Shown here piece after piece: positions 10,462 to 20,442 of a stretch of 49,117 nucleotides of DNA. Made by a program: the position numbers and the translations under genes. The stretch is from the sequence record SRR31156797_472, one strand, 5' to 3'. Position 1 is the stretch's first letter, and the number at the start of each line of letters is the position of its first letter. Under the pieces are notes generated by a model. That model was not told where the DNA came from. It saw only the letters and a program-made list of their open reading frames with translations, and made no database searches.

Positions 10462-12294
10462 TTAATTTCGTTCTATATAAAGTTCGTCTATTAATAAAAA
10501 GTCTAAATCCGTATCTAAAAAATCTGTAATTGCATCATCAATACTTTCTACTATTGTTCTCCCATGCATATTAAAAGAAGTATTTATTAATATACCAAAA
10601 CCATTTATTTTTTTAACTTCATTAAGAAGGTTAAAATAGTTAGGATTATCATTTTGAGATACAAACTGAACTCTTGATGTTCCATCAATATGAATAGCAG
10701 CTGGTAGTATTTCATGATATTCTTTTTTCATACTAAATGCTGTTGTCATATGTCTATTATAATAACTATTTTCAAACAACCTTTCTTTTTCACCTATTAA
10801 TATACTAGGACAAAATGGTTGGAAATATGGACGCTTTTTTATTTTTAAATTTAATTTATCCCTTAGCTTTGGGTCTCTTGGATTTGCTATGATACTTCTA
10901 TTTCCAAGAGCCCTAGGCCCCCATTCCATTCTATTTTGGAATAATGCACCAATTTTATTATTTTTTATTTTATCTGCAATAAAAGGATATAGTTCTTTAT
11001 CTAATACTTGAAACTTAATTTGATCAGAATAGTTATTTAAAATAATCAAAGCATCTTTTTGTGTATATGATGTCCCAAAATAGGGATTCGTATTTTTCAA
11101 CCAATCAAAATCTGAAATAGAATATCCTTCATCTATATAAGATAAGATTACGGCACCTAAACTTGTCCCATCATCTGCCATTGCTGGCATTACAAAAACT
11201 TCATCAGTTAGTTCTTCAAAAACTTTCATATTTGTGATTACATTTGCAACAGTACCACCTGATAAACATATTTTTTTTATCCCCGTTAAATCTATAAAAA
11301 ATTTAATATATTCTAAAGTTTTATTTTCTAAAAACTTTTGAACACTAGCTGCAATATCTTCTTTTTTAAACTCTTTTAAATATATCTCAAAGTTTTCTTC
11401 AGAAAAAAAGCTTTGATACTCTTCTATATTCATAACAAGTTCTTGCTTTATTTCATCAAAAGTGACAACTTCCATTAGCTTGTCAAATAGTTTGTTATTA
11501 TAATCTCCATAAGCTGCAAGTGCTTCTACTTTTCCCTCTTCACTAAAAGGTGAAAATCCTAGCATTCTTGTAAAGTATTGATATACATTCCCTAATGAAC
11601 TACCTTCTTTTGTATTATCTCCTACGTCAAATAAAACTCTCTTTGAAGATGCAAGCTCTTTATACTTATCTTTATTGAAATGAAAAACTTTTGAAAAACT
11701 GCCATCACCTTCACCGTCAGATGTTATGGCTAAACAATTATCAAAACCAGATAAGCAAAAACTTGAAATAGCATGTGTCAATTGATGATCGTAATATTTT
11801 ACTTCAATTTGAGCATTTGGATAAATCTCTGAAATATATCGCTTTATTTCACTTTCTAATGAAACTTTGCCTTTTTTCTTTTGCTCATCTCTAATCTTCA
11901 ATAATTCCATTCCAAATTTATTATTAGATAAAATTTCATTTTGAGTATCAAGATCTTTTTTAGTAAATATCGATGATAAATGATCTCTTTCTTTTATATA
12001 TTTTGCTCCAAGAAATTGCCTGTAAACTGTTTCATGTTCATACCATTTATAGAATACTTCTGTAGTTTTATAAGCTTTTGCAATAACTGCTATAGTTACT
12101 TCACTGATATCTTCGACTGAAATGTTTAGATAATCATTCATTTTTCTGATTACATCAATTGGATAAGTCGTATCATGTTTAAACCGAGTTACTCTTTCTG
12201 TAGACATACCAAATGTTATATTAGTTGATGGATCAATCATAAATATACAACTATCATGTCCAAACCACTTTGTACCTAATGTTAGCTTTTTCAT
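10462..12294 (-). CDS. O-carbamoyltransferase, NodU/CmcH/TobZ family
   Basis: GHDS, ERVTRFKH, DHQLTHA, SDGEGD, SGGTVAN, DDGTSLGA, EWGPRALGNRS, NTSFN. Confidence 0.92.
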   Translation of the reverse strand: MKKLTLGTKWFGHDSCIFMIDPSTNITFGMSTERVTRFKHDTTYPIDVIRKMNDYLNISVEDISEVTIAVIAKAYKTTEVFYKWYEHETVYRQFLGAKYIKERDHLSSIFTKKDLDTQNEILSNNKFGMELLKIRDEQKKKGKVSLESEIKRYISEIYPNAQIEVKYYDHQLTHAISSFCLSGFDNCLAITSDGEGDGSFSKVFHFNKDKYKELASSKRVLFDVGDNTKEGSSLGNVYQYFTRMLGFSPFSEEGKVEALAAYGDYNNKLFDKLMEVVTFDEIKQELVMNIEEYQSFFSEENFEIYLKEFKKEDIAASVQKFLENKTLEYIKFFIDLTGIKKICLSGGTVANVITNMKVFEELTDEVFVMPAMADDGTSLGAVILSYIDEGYSISDFDWLKNTNPYFGTSYTQKDALIILNNYSDQIKFQVLDKELYPFIADKIKNNKIGALFQNRMEWGPRALGNRSIIANPRDPKLRDKLNLKIKKRPYFQPFCPSILIGEKERLFENSYYNRHMTTAFSMKKEYHEILPAAIHIDGTSRVQFVSQNDNPNYFNLLNEVKKINGFGILINTSFNMHGRTIVESIDDAITDFLDTDLDFLLIDELYIERN

Positions 12295-12301
12295 TCTATT
12301 C

Positions 12302-13273
12302 CTATATATTTACTATAACTTTTGTATCATTTTTAAATGAATACTTATCTATACAAGCTAAAATATTATTTTTTATAAAATACTTTTGCTCATCTATTAT
12401 CTCATAAAATTGATTACAGTTTTGACAAACTTGTAAATCTTTTGATTGGAGTTCTTTTCTTACATTATTAAATATTTTATTATTAAAAACATTTAACAAA
12501 CCATCATTCACATTACCACATTTTACATCAAGTCTTATGTCATCACAACACAGAGGAATATCACCATTATAATTTATAATCATTGTATTATTTAAATAAG
12601 CACAAGAATAATAATCATAGTCTTTTTTCTTAAAATCAAAATAGTATTCCTCTAGATTCTTCTCTCTTACTAATTCAAACTTATTTAATAGTTTATTAAA
12701 AATCATAGATGGATACATAGGGTTTATTGTAATCTCATCTACATAATCTGACCATAAATCAAAAAACTTTTTTAAATCTGTCTTCTTACTATATACTAAA
12801 TTAAGTGATATTTTTAAATTTTCATTATAGATATTACGATATTGATAAAATTCTTTTACATTTTTTAGAACCTTTTCAAAGTCTAAGCCTTTTCGAAGAA
12901 GATTAAAAGATTCTTTATCCCATCCATCAATAGAATATCTAACATTATCTACCTTTATCAAACTTTTGAAATGTTTTTCAAGCATCATTGCATTTGTACT
13001 TACATCACAATACATTGATGATTTTTTAACATATTTGATAAATTCTCCAATATACTCATGCAATGTTGGTTCACCAAACCAATAAAGTCTGATATATTTT
13101 ACACCGACAGATTTAGCTTCATCAATTATACTTTTAAAAAACTCTAAACTCATATACTTGTGAGGTCTACTATCATGAAAATTTTTAATTATCTCTCTTG
13201 GGCAAAAAGGACATTTTGCATTACAAGAAGATGTGATATCAATAGCCAATTCATTTATATGATCTTTATGCAA
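12302..13273 (-). CDS. Radical SAM protein with SPASM/twitch domain
   Basis: CNAKCPFC, GEP, STNA, SIDG, C-terminal C..CC..CxxC. TTG start with GGAG about 10 nt upstream. Confidence 0.88.
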   Translation of the reverse strand: MHKDHINELAIDITSSCNAKCPFCPREIIKNFHDSRPHKYMSLEFFKSIIDEAKSVGVKYIRLYWFGEPTLHEYIGEFIKYVKKSSMYCDVSTNAMMLEKHFKSLIKVDNVRYSIDGWDKESFNLLRKGLDFEKVLKNVKEFYQYRNIYNENLKISLNLVYSKKTDLKKFFDLWSDYVDEITINPMYPSMIFNKLLNKFELVREKNLEEYYFDFKKKDYDYYSCAYLNNTMIINYNGDIPLCCDDIRLDVKCGNVNDGLLNVFNNKIFNNVRKELQSKDLQVCQNCNQFYEIIDEQKYFIKNNILACIDKYSFKNDTKVIVNI

Positions 13274-13489
13274 TTTAATGATTCTCCGCTAGTTATAATG
13301 TAGCTACTTAGCTATAATCTTACAATGTGTAAGCTTTTATACTGATAAATAAATAAGAATACTATTAAACTATATTCTGTAAGATAAGATTAATATCTTA
13401 TTCAATACTTCTAAGGTAAAATCATATCTATAAAATTAATTAAATTTAAATTTAGAGTAAAAGAAAGTATTTAATTTGGGATAATTTTT

Positions 13490-14680
13490 ATGAGTAATAT
13501 TTTAAATCTAATTGGACGTGACACTCCACTGTTTTTAGAAGATATAAATACATATAATAATATACTAGAAAAAATTATTTCTACTTCTTCTTTTTTAGTA
13601 ATAGGTGGTGCTGGTTCAATAGGACAAGCAGTAGTTAAAGAAATATTTAAAAGAAACCCTATAAAACTACATGTTATTGATATTTCAGAAAACAATTTAG
13701 TAGAACTTGTAAGAGATATTAGAAGCTCATTTGGATATATTGATGGTGAATTCTCTACATTTGCTTTAGATATTGGAAGTCTTGAATATGATGCATTTAT
13801 AAAAAATGATGGTAAATATGACTATGTATTAAATTTATCTGCTTTAAAACATGTAAGAAGTGAAAAAGACCCCTTTACTTTGATGAGAATGATAGATACT
13901 AATATTTTTAATACAAAAAAAACAATCCAGCAATCAATTGACCATGGTGTGAAAAAGTATTTTTGTGTAAGTACCGACAAAGCAGCTAACCCAGTAAATA
14001 TGATGGGTGCAAGTAAAAAAATAATGGAAATGTTTGTAATGAACAAATCAAAAGATATAGATATATCAATGGCAAGATTTGCAAATGTGATTTTTAGTGA
14101 TGGTAGTTTAGTACATGGATTTAATCAAAGACTCCAAAAACAACAACCAATTGTAGCACCCCAAGATATAAAAAGATATTTTATCACACCTCAAGAAAGT
14201 GGTGAACTTTGTCTTATGTCTTGTATCTTTGGTAAGAATAGAGATATATTTTTTCCTAAGTTAAATCAGCACTTACATCTTATAACTTTTTCAGAAATAG
14301 CTATTAAATACCTTGAAAATTTAGGCTATAAAGCATATGTCTGTCAAACAGAAGAGGAGGCGAGAGAATTAGTAAAAACACTCCCACAAAAAGATAAATG
14401 GCCTTGTATTTTTAGCTTTAGTGATACTACAGGAGAAAAAGACTTTGAAGAGTTTTATACAGATAAAGAAACTTTAGATATGAGTCGATTTGAAAACTTA
14501 GGTGTTATAAAAAATGAAGCTTTTTTAGATGAAGATAAACTCAAATTTTTTGAAAAAAACATTACTCACTTTAAAGAAAATCTATTATGGACAAAAGAAG
14601 ATATACTAAAAGAATTTTTAACTATTATACCAGATTTTAAACATAAAGAAACTGGTAAATATCTTGATGGGAAAATGTAG
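13490..14680 (+). CDS. legB: NDP-GlcNAc 4,6-dehydratase, legionaminic acid pathway (LegB-like)
   Basis: GGAGSIG, ALKHVRSEKDPFTLMRM, STDKAANP, ARFANV.FSDGSL, TTGEKDFEEF; first gene of the leg block. Confidence 0.85.
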   Translation: MSNILNLIGRDTPLFLEDINTYNNILEKIISTSSFLVIGGAGSIGQAVVKEIFKRNPIKLHVIDISENNLVELVRDIRSSFGYIDGEFSTFALDIGSLEYDAFIKNDGKYDYVLNLSALKHVRSEKDPFTLMRMIDTNIFNTKKTIQQSIDHGVKKYFCVSTDKAANPVNMMGASKKIMEMFVMNKSKDIDISMARFANVIFSDGSLVHGFNQRLQKQQPIVAPQDIKRYFITPQESGELCLMSCIFGKNRDIFFPKLNQHLHLITFSEIAIKYLENLGYKAYVCQTEEEARELVKTLPQKDKWPCIFSFSDTTGEKDFEEFYTDKETLDMSRFENLGVIKNEAFLDEDKLKFFEKNITHFKENLLWTKEDILKEFLTIIPDFKHKETGKYLDGKM

Positions 14681-14681
14681 T

Positions 14682-15818
14682 GTGCAACAAATAATTGATT
14701 TTATAAAAAAAACTTTTAATCATAAAGATTTTATAGCCTTACATGAACCAAGATTTTCAGGCAATGAAAAAAAATATATCAATGAATGTATAGATTCTAC
14801 ATTTGTTTCAAGTGTTGGTAAATATGTAGATATTTTTGAAAAAGAGTTTTCTAAAACAGTGAAATCTAAATATGCAATTGCTACTATAAATGGTACTGCC
14901 GCATTACATATCTCTTTATTATTAGCTGACGTACAAAAAGATGATGAAGTTATAACTCAACCACTTACCTTTATTGCTACTTGTAATGCCATTAGTTATC
15001 TAAATGCCAAACCCGTATTTATTGATGTTGACTTAGACACCTTGGGGATGAGTCCAGACTCTTTAAAAATGTTTTTAGAAAAAAACTGTATGCTCATAAA
15101 CAACAAATGTATAAATAAATTAACACATAAAACAATAAAAGCTTGCGTTCCTATGCATACATTTGGTCATCCTTGCAAAATTGAAGAAATAAAAAACATT
15201 TGTGATGAGTGGCATATTATATTAGTTGAAGATGCTGCTGAATCTTTAGGAAGCTATTACAAAAACAAACACACTGGAACTTTTGGGAAATTAGGTGTTT
15301 TTTCTTTTAATGGGAATAAAATTATCACTTCAGGCGGTGGTGGAGTTATTGTAACTGATGATGAAATATTGGCAAAAAGAGCAAAACATATAACAACAAC
15401 TGCAAAAACTTCTCACCCATATGAATATATACACAATGAAATAGGATATAATTATCGTTTACCAAATATTAATGCTGCCCTATTAGTTGCTCAACTAGAA
15501 CAATTAAATATATTTTTAGAATCCAAAAGAGATTTATATACACACTATAAAAAGTTTTTTTCTACTCTAAATATTAAACTTTTATCTGAACCAAAAGATT
15601 CAAAGTCAAATTATTGGTTCCAAGCAATTTTATTTAATAACATAAAGCAAAGGGATGAGTTTTTAAAACTTACCAATAAAAATGGAGTAATGACTAGACC
15701 TATATGGAAACTTATGAATGAACTAGAAATGTTTAAAGATTCTCAAACAACAAACTTAACCAATGCAAAATATTTAGAACACAGAGTTGTAAACATTCCT
15801 AGTTCGGTGAGGATATAA
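14682..15818 (+). CDS. legC: LegC-family 4-aminotransferase
   Basis: IALHEP, FVSSVG, MHTFGHP, EDAAESLGS, SFNGNKIITSGGGG, RLPNINAAL. GTG 14682 is the likely start (ORF track 14664). Confidence 0.9.
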   Translation: MQQIIDFIKKTFNHKDFIALHEPRFSGNEKKYINECIDSTFVSSVGKYVDIFEKEFSKTVKSKYAIATINGTAALHISLLLADVQKDDEVITQPLTFIATCNAISYLNAKPVFIDVDLDTLGMSPDSLKMFLEKNCMLINNKCINKLTHKTIKACVPMHTFGHPCKIEEIKNICDEWHIILVEDAAESLGSYYKNKHTGTFGKLGVFSFNGNKIITSGGGGVIVTDDEILAKRAKHITTTAKTSHPYEYIHNEIGYNYRLPNINAALLVAQLEQLNIFLESKRDLYTHYKKFFSTLNIKLLSEPKDSKSNYWFQAILFNNIKQRDEFLKLTNKNGVMTRPIWKLMNELEMFKDSQTTNLTNAKYLEHRVVNIPSSVRI

Positions 15819-16715
15819 ATGAAATTAAATATTGGTTATTTTGCAGATGGTCCATGGAGTCACAATGCATTTGAAAAGATAATTAAAGATTTTGATATAA
15901 CCATATCTTTCATATGTGTTAGATATGATACAGAAGATCTTATTTTAAAGGATTTTGCAGAGAAATATAACATAGACTATTTAAAACATAAGGATATCAA
16001 TTCTGATGAATTTATCTCAATTGTAGAAAAATACAATTGTAACTTATTTGTCTCAATGTCATTTAATCAAATATTTAAAACAAAAATGATTAATTTACCC
16101 CCATACAAAATTATAAATTGTCATGCAGGAAAGTTACCATTTTATAGAGGAAGAAATATATTAAACTGGGCATTAATCAATGATGAAAAAGAGTTTGGTA
16201 TTACAGTACATTATGTTGATGAAGGGATTGACACTGGAGATATTATCCTACAACAATGCTTTGAAATTTTAGAGGAGGATAATTATAAATCTTTACTTGA
16301 AAAAGCTTATATAGGTTGTGCAAATATTCTTTATGAGGCGATTTTACTGTTTAAAAAAGGGAAAGTTAAAGTAAAACAACAAAGTGAAATACACCCTATA
16401 GGTTTTTATTGTTCTCAAAGAAAAGTAGGTGATGAAATTTTAAATTGGAACCAAACAAGTCGAGAAATATTTAATTTTGTAAGAGCTATTTGTAGCCCTG
16501 GTCCAAATGCAAGGGCATTTATAAACGGAAAAGAGATGAAAATAAATAAAGTGGAATTTATACCAAATGCACCAATTTATAACTGTACCATTGGTGCTAT
16601 AATTAATAAAACAAGTAATGGCTTTTTAGTGAAAACCAAGGATAGCTTTATAAAAGTTACCAAATTTGATTATGATGGTATTATTAAAGTAGGAGACCGA
16701 TTTGAAGCGAAATAA
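15819..16715 (+). CDS. Sugar N-formyltransferase (Fmt-like, N10-formyl-THF dependent)
   Basis: INCHAGKLPFYRGR, HYVDEGIDTGDII, Fmt-like C-terminal domain. Confidence 0.85.
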   Translation: MKLNIGYFADGPWSHNAFEKIIKDFDITISFICVRYDTEDLILKDFAEKYNIDYLKHKDINSDEFISIVEKYNCNLFVSMSFNQIFKTKMINLPPYKIINCHAGKLPFYRGRNILNWALINDEKEFGITVHYVDEGIDTGDIILQQCFEILEEDNYKSLLEKAYIGCANILYEAILLFKKGKVKVKQQSEIHPIGFYCSQRKVGDEILNWNQTSREIFNFVRAICSPGPNARAFINGKEMKINKVEFIPNAPIYNCTIGAIINKTSNGFLVKTKDSFIKVTKFDYDGIIKVGDRFEAK

Positions 16716-17706
16716 TGTATTTATAATTGCAGAAGCAGGAGTTAATCATAATGGTTCAATTAAATTAGCTAAAAAACTTATAGATGTAGCTGTTGAAGCA
16801 GGTGCTGATGCTGTAAAGTTTCAAACATTTAAGACTGAAAATCTTGTTTCAAAGAATGCTGAAAAAGCAAAATATCAACAACAAACTACAAAGAAAGAAG
16901 AGTCTCAATTTGAGATGTTAAAAAAACTTGAATTAGATCAAAACACCCATAAAGAACTTATAGCGTATTGTAAAATGAAAAATATCATGTTTCTTTCTAC
17001 TTCATTTGATCATGATAGTACTAAATTACTCAATACATTAGGACTTGAAATATTTAAAATACCAAGTGGAGAGATTACAAACCTTCTATACCTTCGAGAT
17101 ATTGGAAAACTCAATAAAAAAGTGATTCTTTCTACCGGTATGTCTAATATGGGTGAAATTGAAACCGCATTGAACATCTTAATCAGCTCAGGAACGCAAA
17201 AAGAAAATATTACCATATTACATTCTAATACAGAGTATCCAACTCCAATGGAAGATGTTAATTTAAAAGCTATGATAACAATTGGAAATACTTTTAATAT
17301 AAACTATGGATATAGCGATCATACTTTGGGTATAGAAGTAAATATTGCAGCAGTTGCTCTTGGAGCTAGTTGTATAGAAAAACACTTTACGCTAGATAGA
17401 ACTATGGAAGGTCCTGATCATAAGGCAAGTTTAGAACCCGATGAACTAAAAAAGATGATAAACGCTATAAGAAATATTGAAGTAGCATTAGGTAGTTCTA
17501 TTAAAAAACCTTCAAAAAGTGAAATACCAAATATAAGAATAGCAAGAAAATCAATTATTGCAAAAACTAATATAAAAAAAGGTGAGCTTTTAACAGAACA
17601 AAATATAACAATAAAAAGACCAGGAGATGGGATATCCCCAATGAGATGGGATAATATTATTGGAACTTTTGCAATGAAAGACTATAAAAAAGATGATTTA
17701 ATATGA
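16702..17706 (+). CDS. legI: Legionaminic acid (nonulosonate) synthase, NeuB/LegI
   Basis: IAEAGVNHNG, VKFQTF, KIPSGE, YSDHT, IEKHFT, C-terminal SAF domain. TTG start after AGGAG. Confidence 0.9.
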   Translation: MKRNNVFIIAEAGVNHNGSIKLAKKLIDVAVEAGADAVKFQTFKTENLVSKNAEKAKYQQQTTKKEESQFEMLKKLELDQNTHKELIAYCKMKNIMFLSTSFDHDSTKLLNTLGLEIFKIPSGEITNLLYLRDIGKLNKKVILSTGMSNMGEIETALNILISSGTQKENITILHSNTEYPTPMEDVNLKAMITIGNTFNINYGYSDHTLGIEVNIAAVALGASCIEKHFTLDRTMEGPDHKASLEPDELKKMINAIRNIEVALGSSIKKPSKSEIPNIRIARKSIIAKTNIKKGELLTEQNITIKRPGDGISPMRWDNIIGTFAMKDYKKDDLI

Positions 17707-18863
17707 AACAAAAAATTTGTGTAATTACAGGGACAAGAGCTGAATATGGATTACTTTTTTGGCTTATGAAAGAGATAGAAGCTGACAAAGAACTTGAACT
17801 TCAACTCATTGTAACTGGGATGCATCTTAGTCCTGAATTTGGGCTCACATACAATGAAATAGAAAAAGAGTTTAATATAAATAGAAAAATCGAAATAATT
17901 TTATCATCTGATACTTCCATAGGGGTATCTAAATCTATGGGTTTAGCTCAAATTTCTTTCGCAGAAAGTTATGATAATTTAAAACCTGATCTTATAATTG
18001 TACTAGGTGATAGATATGAAATTTTTAGTGCAGTAAGTGCTGCTATGGTAACACGTATTCCAGTAGCTCATATTCATGGAGGAGAAATAACAGAAGGTGC
18101 ATTTGATGAATCTTTCAGACATAGCATAACAAAAATGAGCCATCTTCATTTTACAGCTACTGAAAAATACAAGAGTAGAGTCATTCAACTTGGAGAGTCT
18201 CCAGAAAGAGTTTTTAATGTTGGAGGAATGGGTATTGAAAATATTAATAAATTAAAACTTCTAAACAAAGATGAATTTGAAAAGTCAATTAATTTTACAT
18301 TAAATAAAAAAAATATATTGGTAACTTTTCATCCAACAACTTTAGAAAATAATACAGCAAAAGATCAATTTCAAGAGCTTCTTAATGCTATTGATGAACT
18401 TCAAGATACAAATATAATTTTTACAAAAGCAAATAGCGATACAGATGGAAGAATCATAAATAAAATGTGTGAAGAATATGTATTACAAAATCCACATAAA
18501 TCTAAAGAATTTACTTCTCTAGGACAATTACGATACCTAAGTGCCTTACAATATATGGATGCTGTAGTCGGTAACAGTTCAAGTGGTCTTCTTGAAGCAC
18601 CAAGTTTTAAAATAGGTACTATCAATATTGGAGATAGACAAAAAGGAAGAATAAAAGCTTCTAGTGTGATTGATTGTCAACCAATCAAAAGTACTATAAA
18701 TAATGCTTTTGAAAAACTTTATTCAGTAGAATTTCAAACAAACCTCAAAAACACTATAAACCCATATGGGGAAGGATGTGCTAGCAAAAAAATTATTGAA
18801 CAAATAAAAAAAGTTAAATTGAAAAATTTATTAAAAAAATCATTTTATGATTTAAAACTTTAA
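17703..18863 (+). CDS. legG: Hydrolysing NDP-diacylbacillosamine 2-epimerase, NeuC/LegG
   Basis: TGTRAEYG, TGMHLS, LGDRYE, HIHGGE, GNSSSG, GDRQKGR. Confidence 0.9.
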   Translation: MKQKICVITGTRAEYGLLFWLMKEIEADKELELQLIVTGMHLSPEFGLTYNEIEKEFNINRKIEIILSSDTSIGVSKSMGLAQISFAESYDNLKPDLIIVLGDRYEIFSAVSAAMVTRIPVAHIHGGEITEGAFDESFRHSITKMSHLHFTATEKYKSRVIQLGESPERVFNVGGMGIENINKLKLLNKDEFEKSINFTLNKKNILVTFHPTTLENNTAKDQFQELLNAIDELQDTNIIFTKANSDTDGRIINKMCEEYVLQNPHKSKEFTSLGQLRYLSALQYMDAVVGNSSSGLLEAPSFKIGTINIGDRQKGRIKASSVIDCQPIKSTINNAFEKLYSVEFQTNLKNTINPYGEGCASKKIIEQIKKVKLKNLLKKSFYDLKL

Positions 18864-18872
18864 AGAGAATAA

Positions 18873-19634
18873 ATGAAAACACGAATAATCGTTAAACTTG
18901 ATGTCAAACCACCTTATATTGTAAAACCAGTGCATTTTGAAGGTTTGAGAAAAATTGGATTTACAAATACTTTAGCAAAAAAATATTATGATCAAGGGGC
19001 TGATGAAATTGTTTATATCGATATTGTTGCTTCACTTTATCGACGAGAAATTCTATTTAGTGAAATTGAAAAAACTGCAAATGAATTATTTATACCTTTT
19101 GGTGTAGGAGGTGGAGTAAAAACAATAGAAGACTTTTCTAAACTATTCCGTAAAGGTGCCGATAAAGTTATAATTAATACGTATGCAATTCAAGAAAATC
19201 CAAACATTATAAATCAAGCAGCACAAATTTTTGGAAATCAAGCGATAGTTGTAAATATTGAAGCAAAGAAATGGGAAACCTGGTATGAATGTTATACAGA
19301 TTGTGGAAGAATTCAATCAGGTAAAGATGTTATTCAATGGGCACAAGAAGTTGAATCAAGAGGGGCAGGAGAAATATTCTTACAATGTGTTGATACAGAT
19401 GGTAGACAAAGAGGATTTGATGTAGAGTTGATAAAACAAATCGTTGATAGTGTAAATATACCAGTTGTAGCTGCAAGTGGTGCTGGAAAGCTAGAAGACA
19501 TTAAAAAACTTGTAGAATATGCCAGACCAAGTGGAATAGCTATATCAAGCTTACTACATTATGATAAAGTTACCATATCTGATATTAAAAAAGTAATAAA
19601 ACAAGGCGAAGATTATTATGATAAAAAACATTGA
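18873..19634 (+). CDS. HisF-like cyclase paralog (WbuZ-type ammonia channel), copy 1
   Basis: RIIVKLDVK, GADE, GGGV, GADKV, DTDG, AASGAG; located within a glycan cluster. Confidence 0.85.
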   Translation: MKTRIIVKLDVKPPYIVKPVHFEGLRKIGFTNTLAKKYYDQGADEIVYIDIVASLYRREILFSEIEKTANELFIPFGVGGGVKTIEDFSKLFRKGADKVIINTYAIQENPNIINQAAQIFGNQAIVVNIEAKKWETWYECYTDCGRIQSGKDVIQWAQEVESRGAGEIFLQCVDTDGRQRGFDVELIKQIVDSVNIPVVAASGAGKLEDIKKLVEYARPSGIAISSLLHYDKVTISDIKKVIKQGEDYYDKKH

Positions 19635-20442
19635 AATAGATATAGAAGCTTACAATAAAAATGGATTCTTATTAATTAATAATTTTTTTGAAAAAGAGAT
19701 GCTTGAAAAATTTAATATTACTTGTATAGAGTTTTTAACAAAATCTTTAAAGGATTTTAATATAAAAACAAATGATGTTTTGCATGATGGATTTATACAA
19801 TTAGATAAACTAAATCATCAAAGTATTCATAACTTTTACAATTTAATCAAAAACTCTAATATATTACAAGAATTTAAAAATTCTAAAAAAGTTTATACTG
19901 TAGTGCAACGACTACTAAATATGAGTAACAATCAACTCATATATAATATGTATGGTGTTTCAAGAATGGATCCACCAAATGATAATAGATTTTTATATAA
20001 ATGGCATCAAGAATCATATTATTCTATACCAAACTCACAATCTGTACAATTATGGGCTCCTCTAGTAGATAAAAGTTCAGATATTAATGGAACTATAGAT
20101 GTTCTTATTGGATCTCATTTAGAAGAATTACCTCATTATATTGAAAAAGTTCCTAATGGACATGAACAAAAATTTATAATGGATAAGGATATTAAAAAGC
20201 GTTATAAATTATTAAAAGTAGAAATTAATCCTGGTGATGCATTATTTTTCCATCCATATTTAATTCATAAAAGTAATAATAATTGTGGAGATAGAGTTAG
20301 ATACTCTCTTGTTTCACATTATATCAATCCCTATTCTGTAAATTTTGATTTTGATTATAATGATTCCCTATTTGCTCAATATCATAAAAAAAGATGCGTA
20401 AATTATCAAAACTATACACAAGGAGATCATAATAATATCTAA
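19618..20442 (+). CDS. PhyH-family Fe(II)/2OG dioxygenase
   Basis: YNKNGFL, WHQE, LWAPL, NGTIDVLIGSH, PGDALFFH..LIHKS..N....RYS. Confidence 0.82.
   Translation: MIKNIEIDIEAYNKNGFLLINNFFEKEMLEKFNITCIEFLTKSLKDFNIKTNDVLHDGFIQLDKLNHQSIHNFYNLIKNSNILQEFKNSKKVYTVVQRLLNMSNNQLIYNMYGVSRMDPPNDNRFLYKWHQESYYSIPNSQSVQLWAPLVDKSSDINGTIDVLIGSHLEELPHYIEKVPNGHEQKFIMDKDIKKRYKLLKVEINPGDALFFHPYLIHKSNNNCGDRVRYSLVSHYINPYSVNFDFDYNDSLFAQYHKKRCVNYQNYTQGDHNNI

Noticed and set aside
9573-13489. Inverted cassette as a recombinase-switched invertible segment or mobile element
   Set aside because: No matching terminal inverted repeats, target duplication, recombinase or transposase seen
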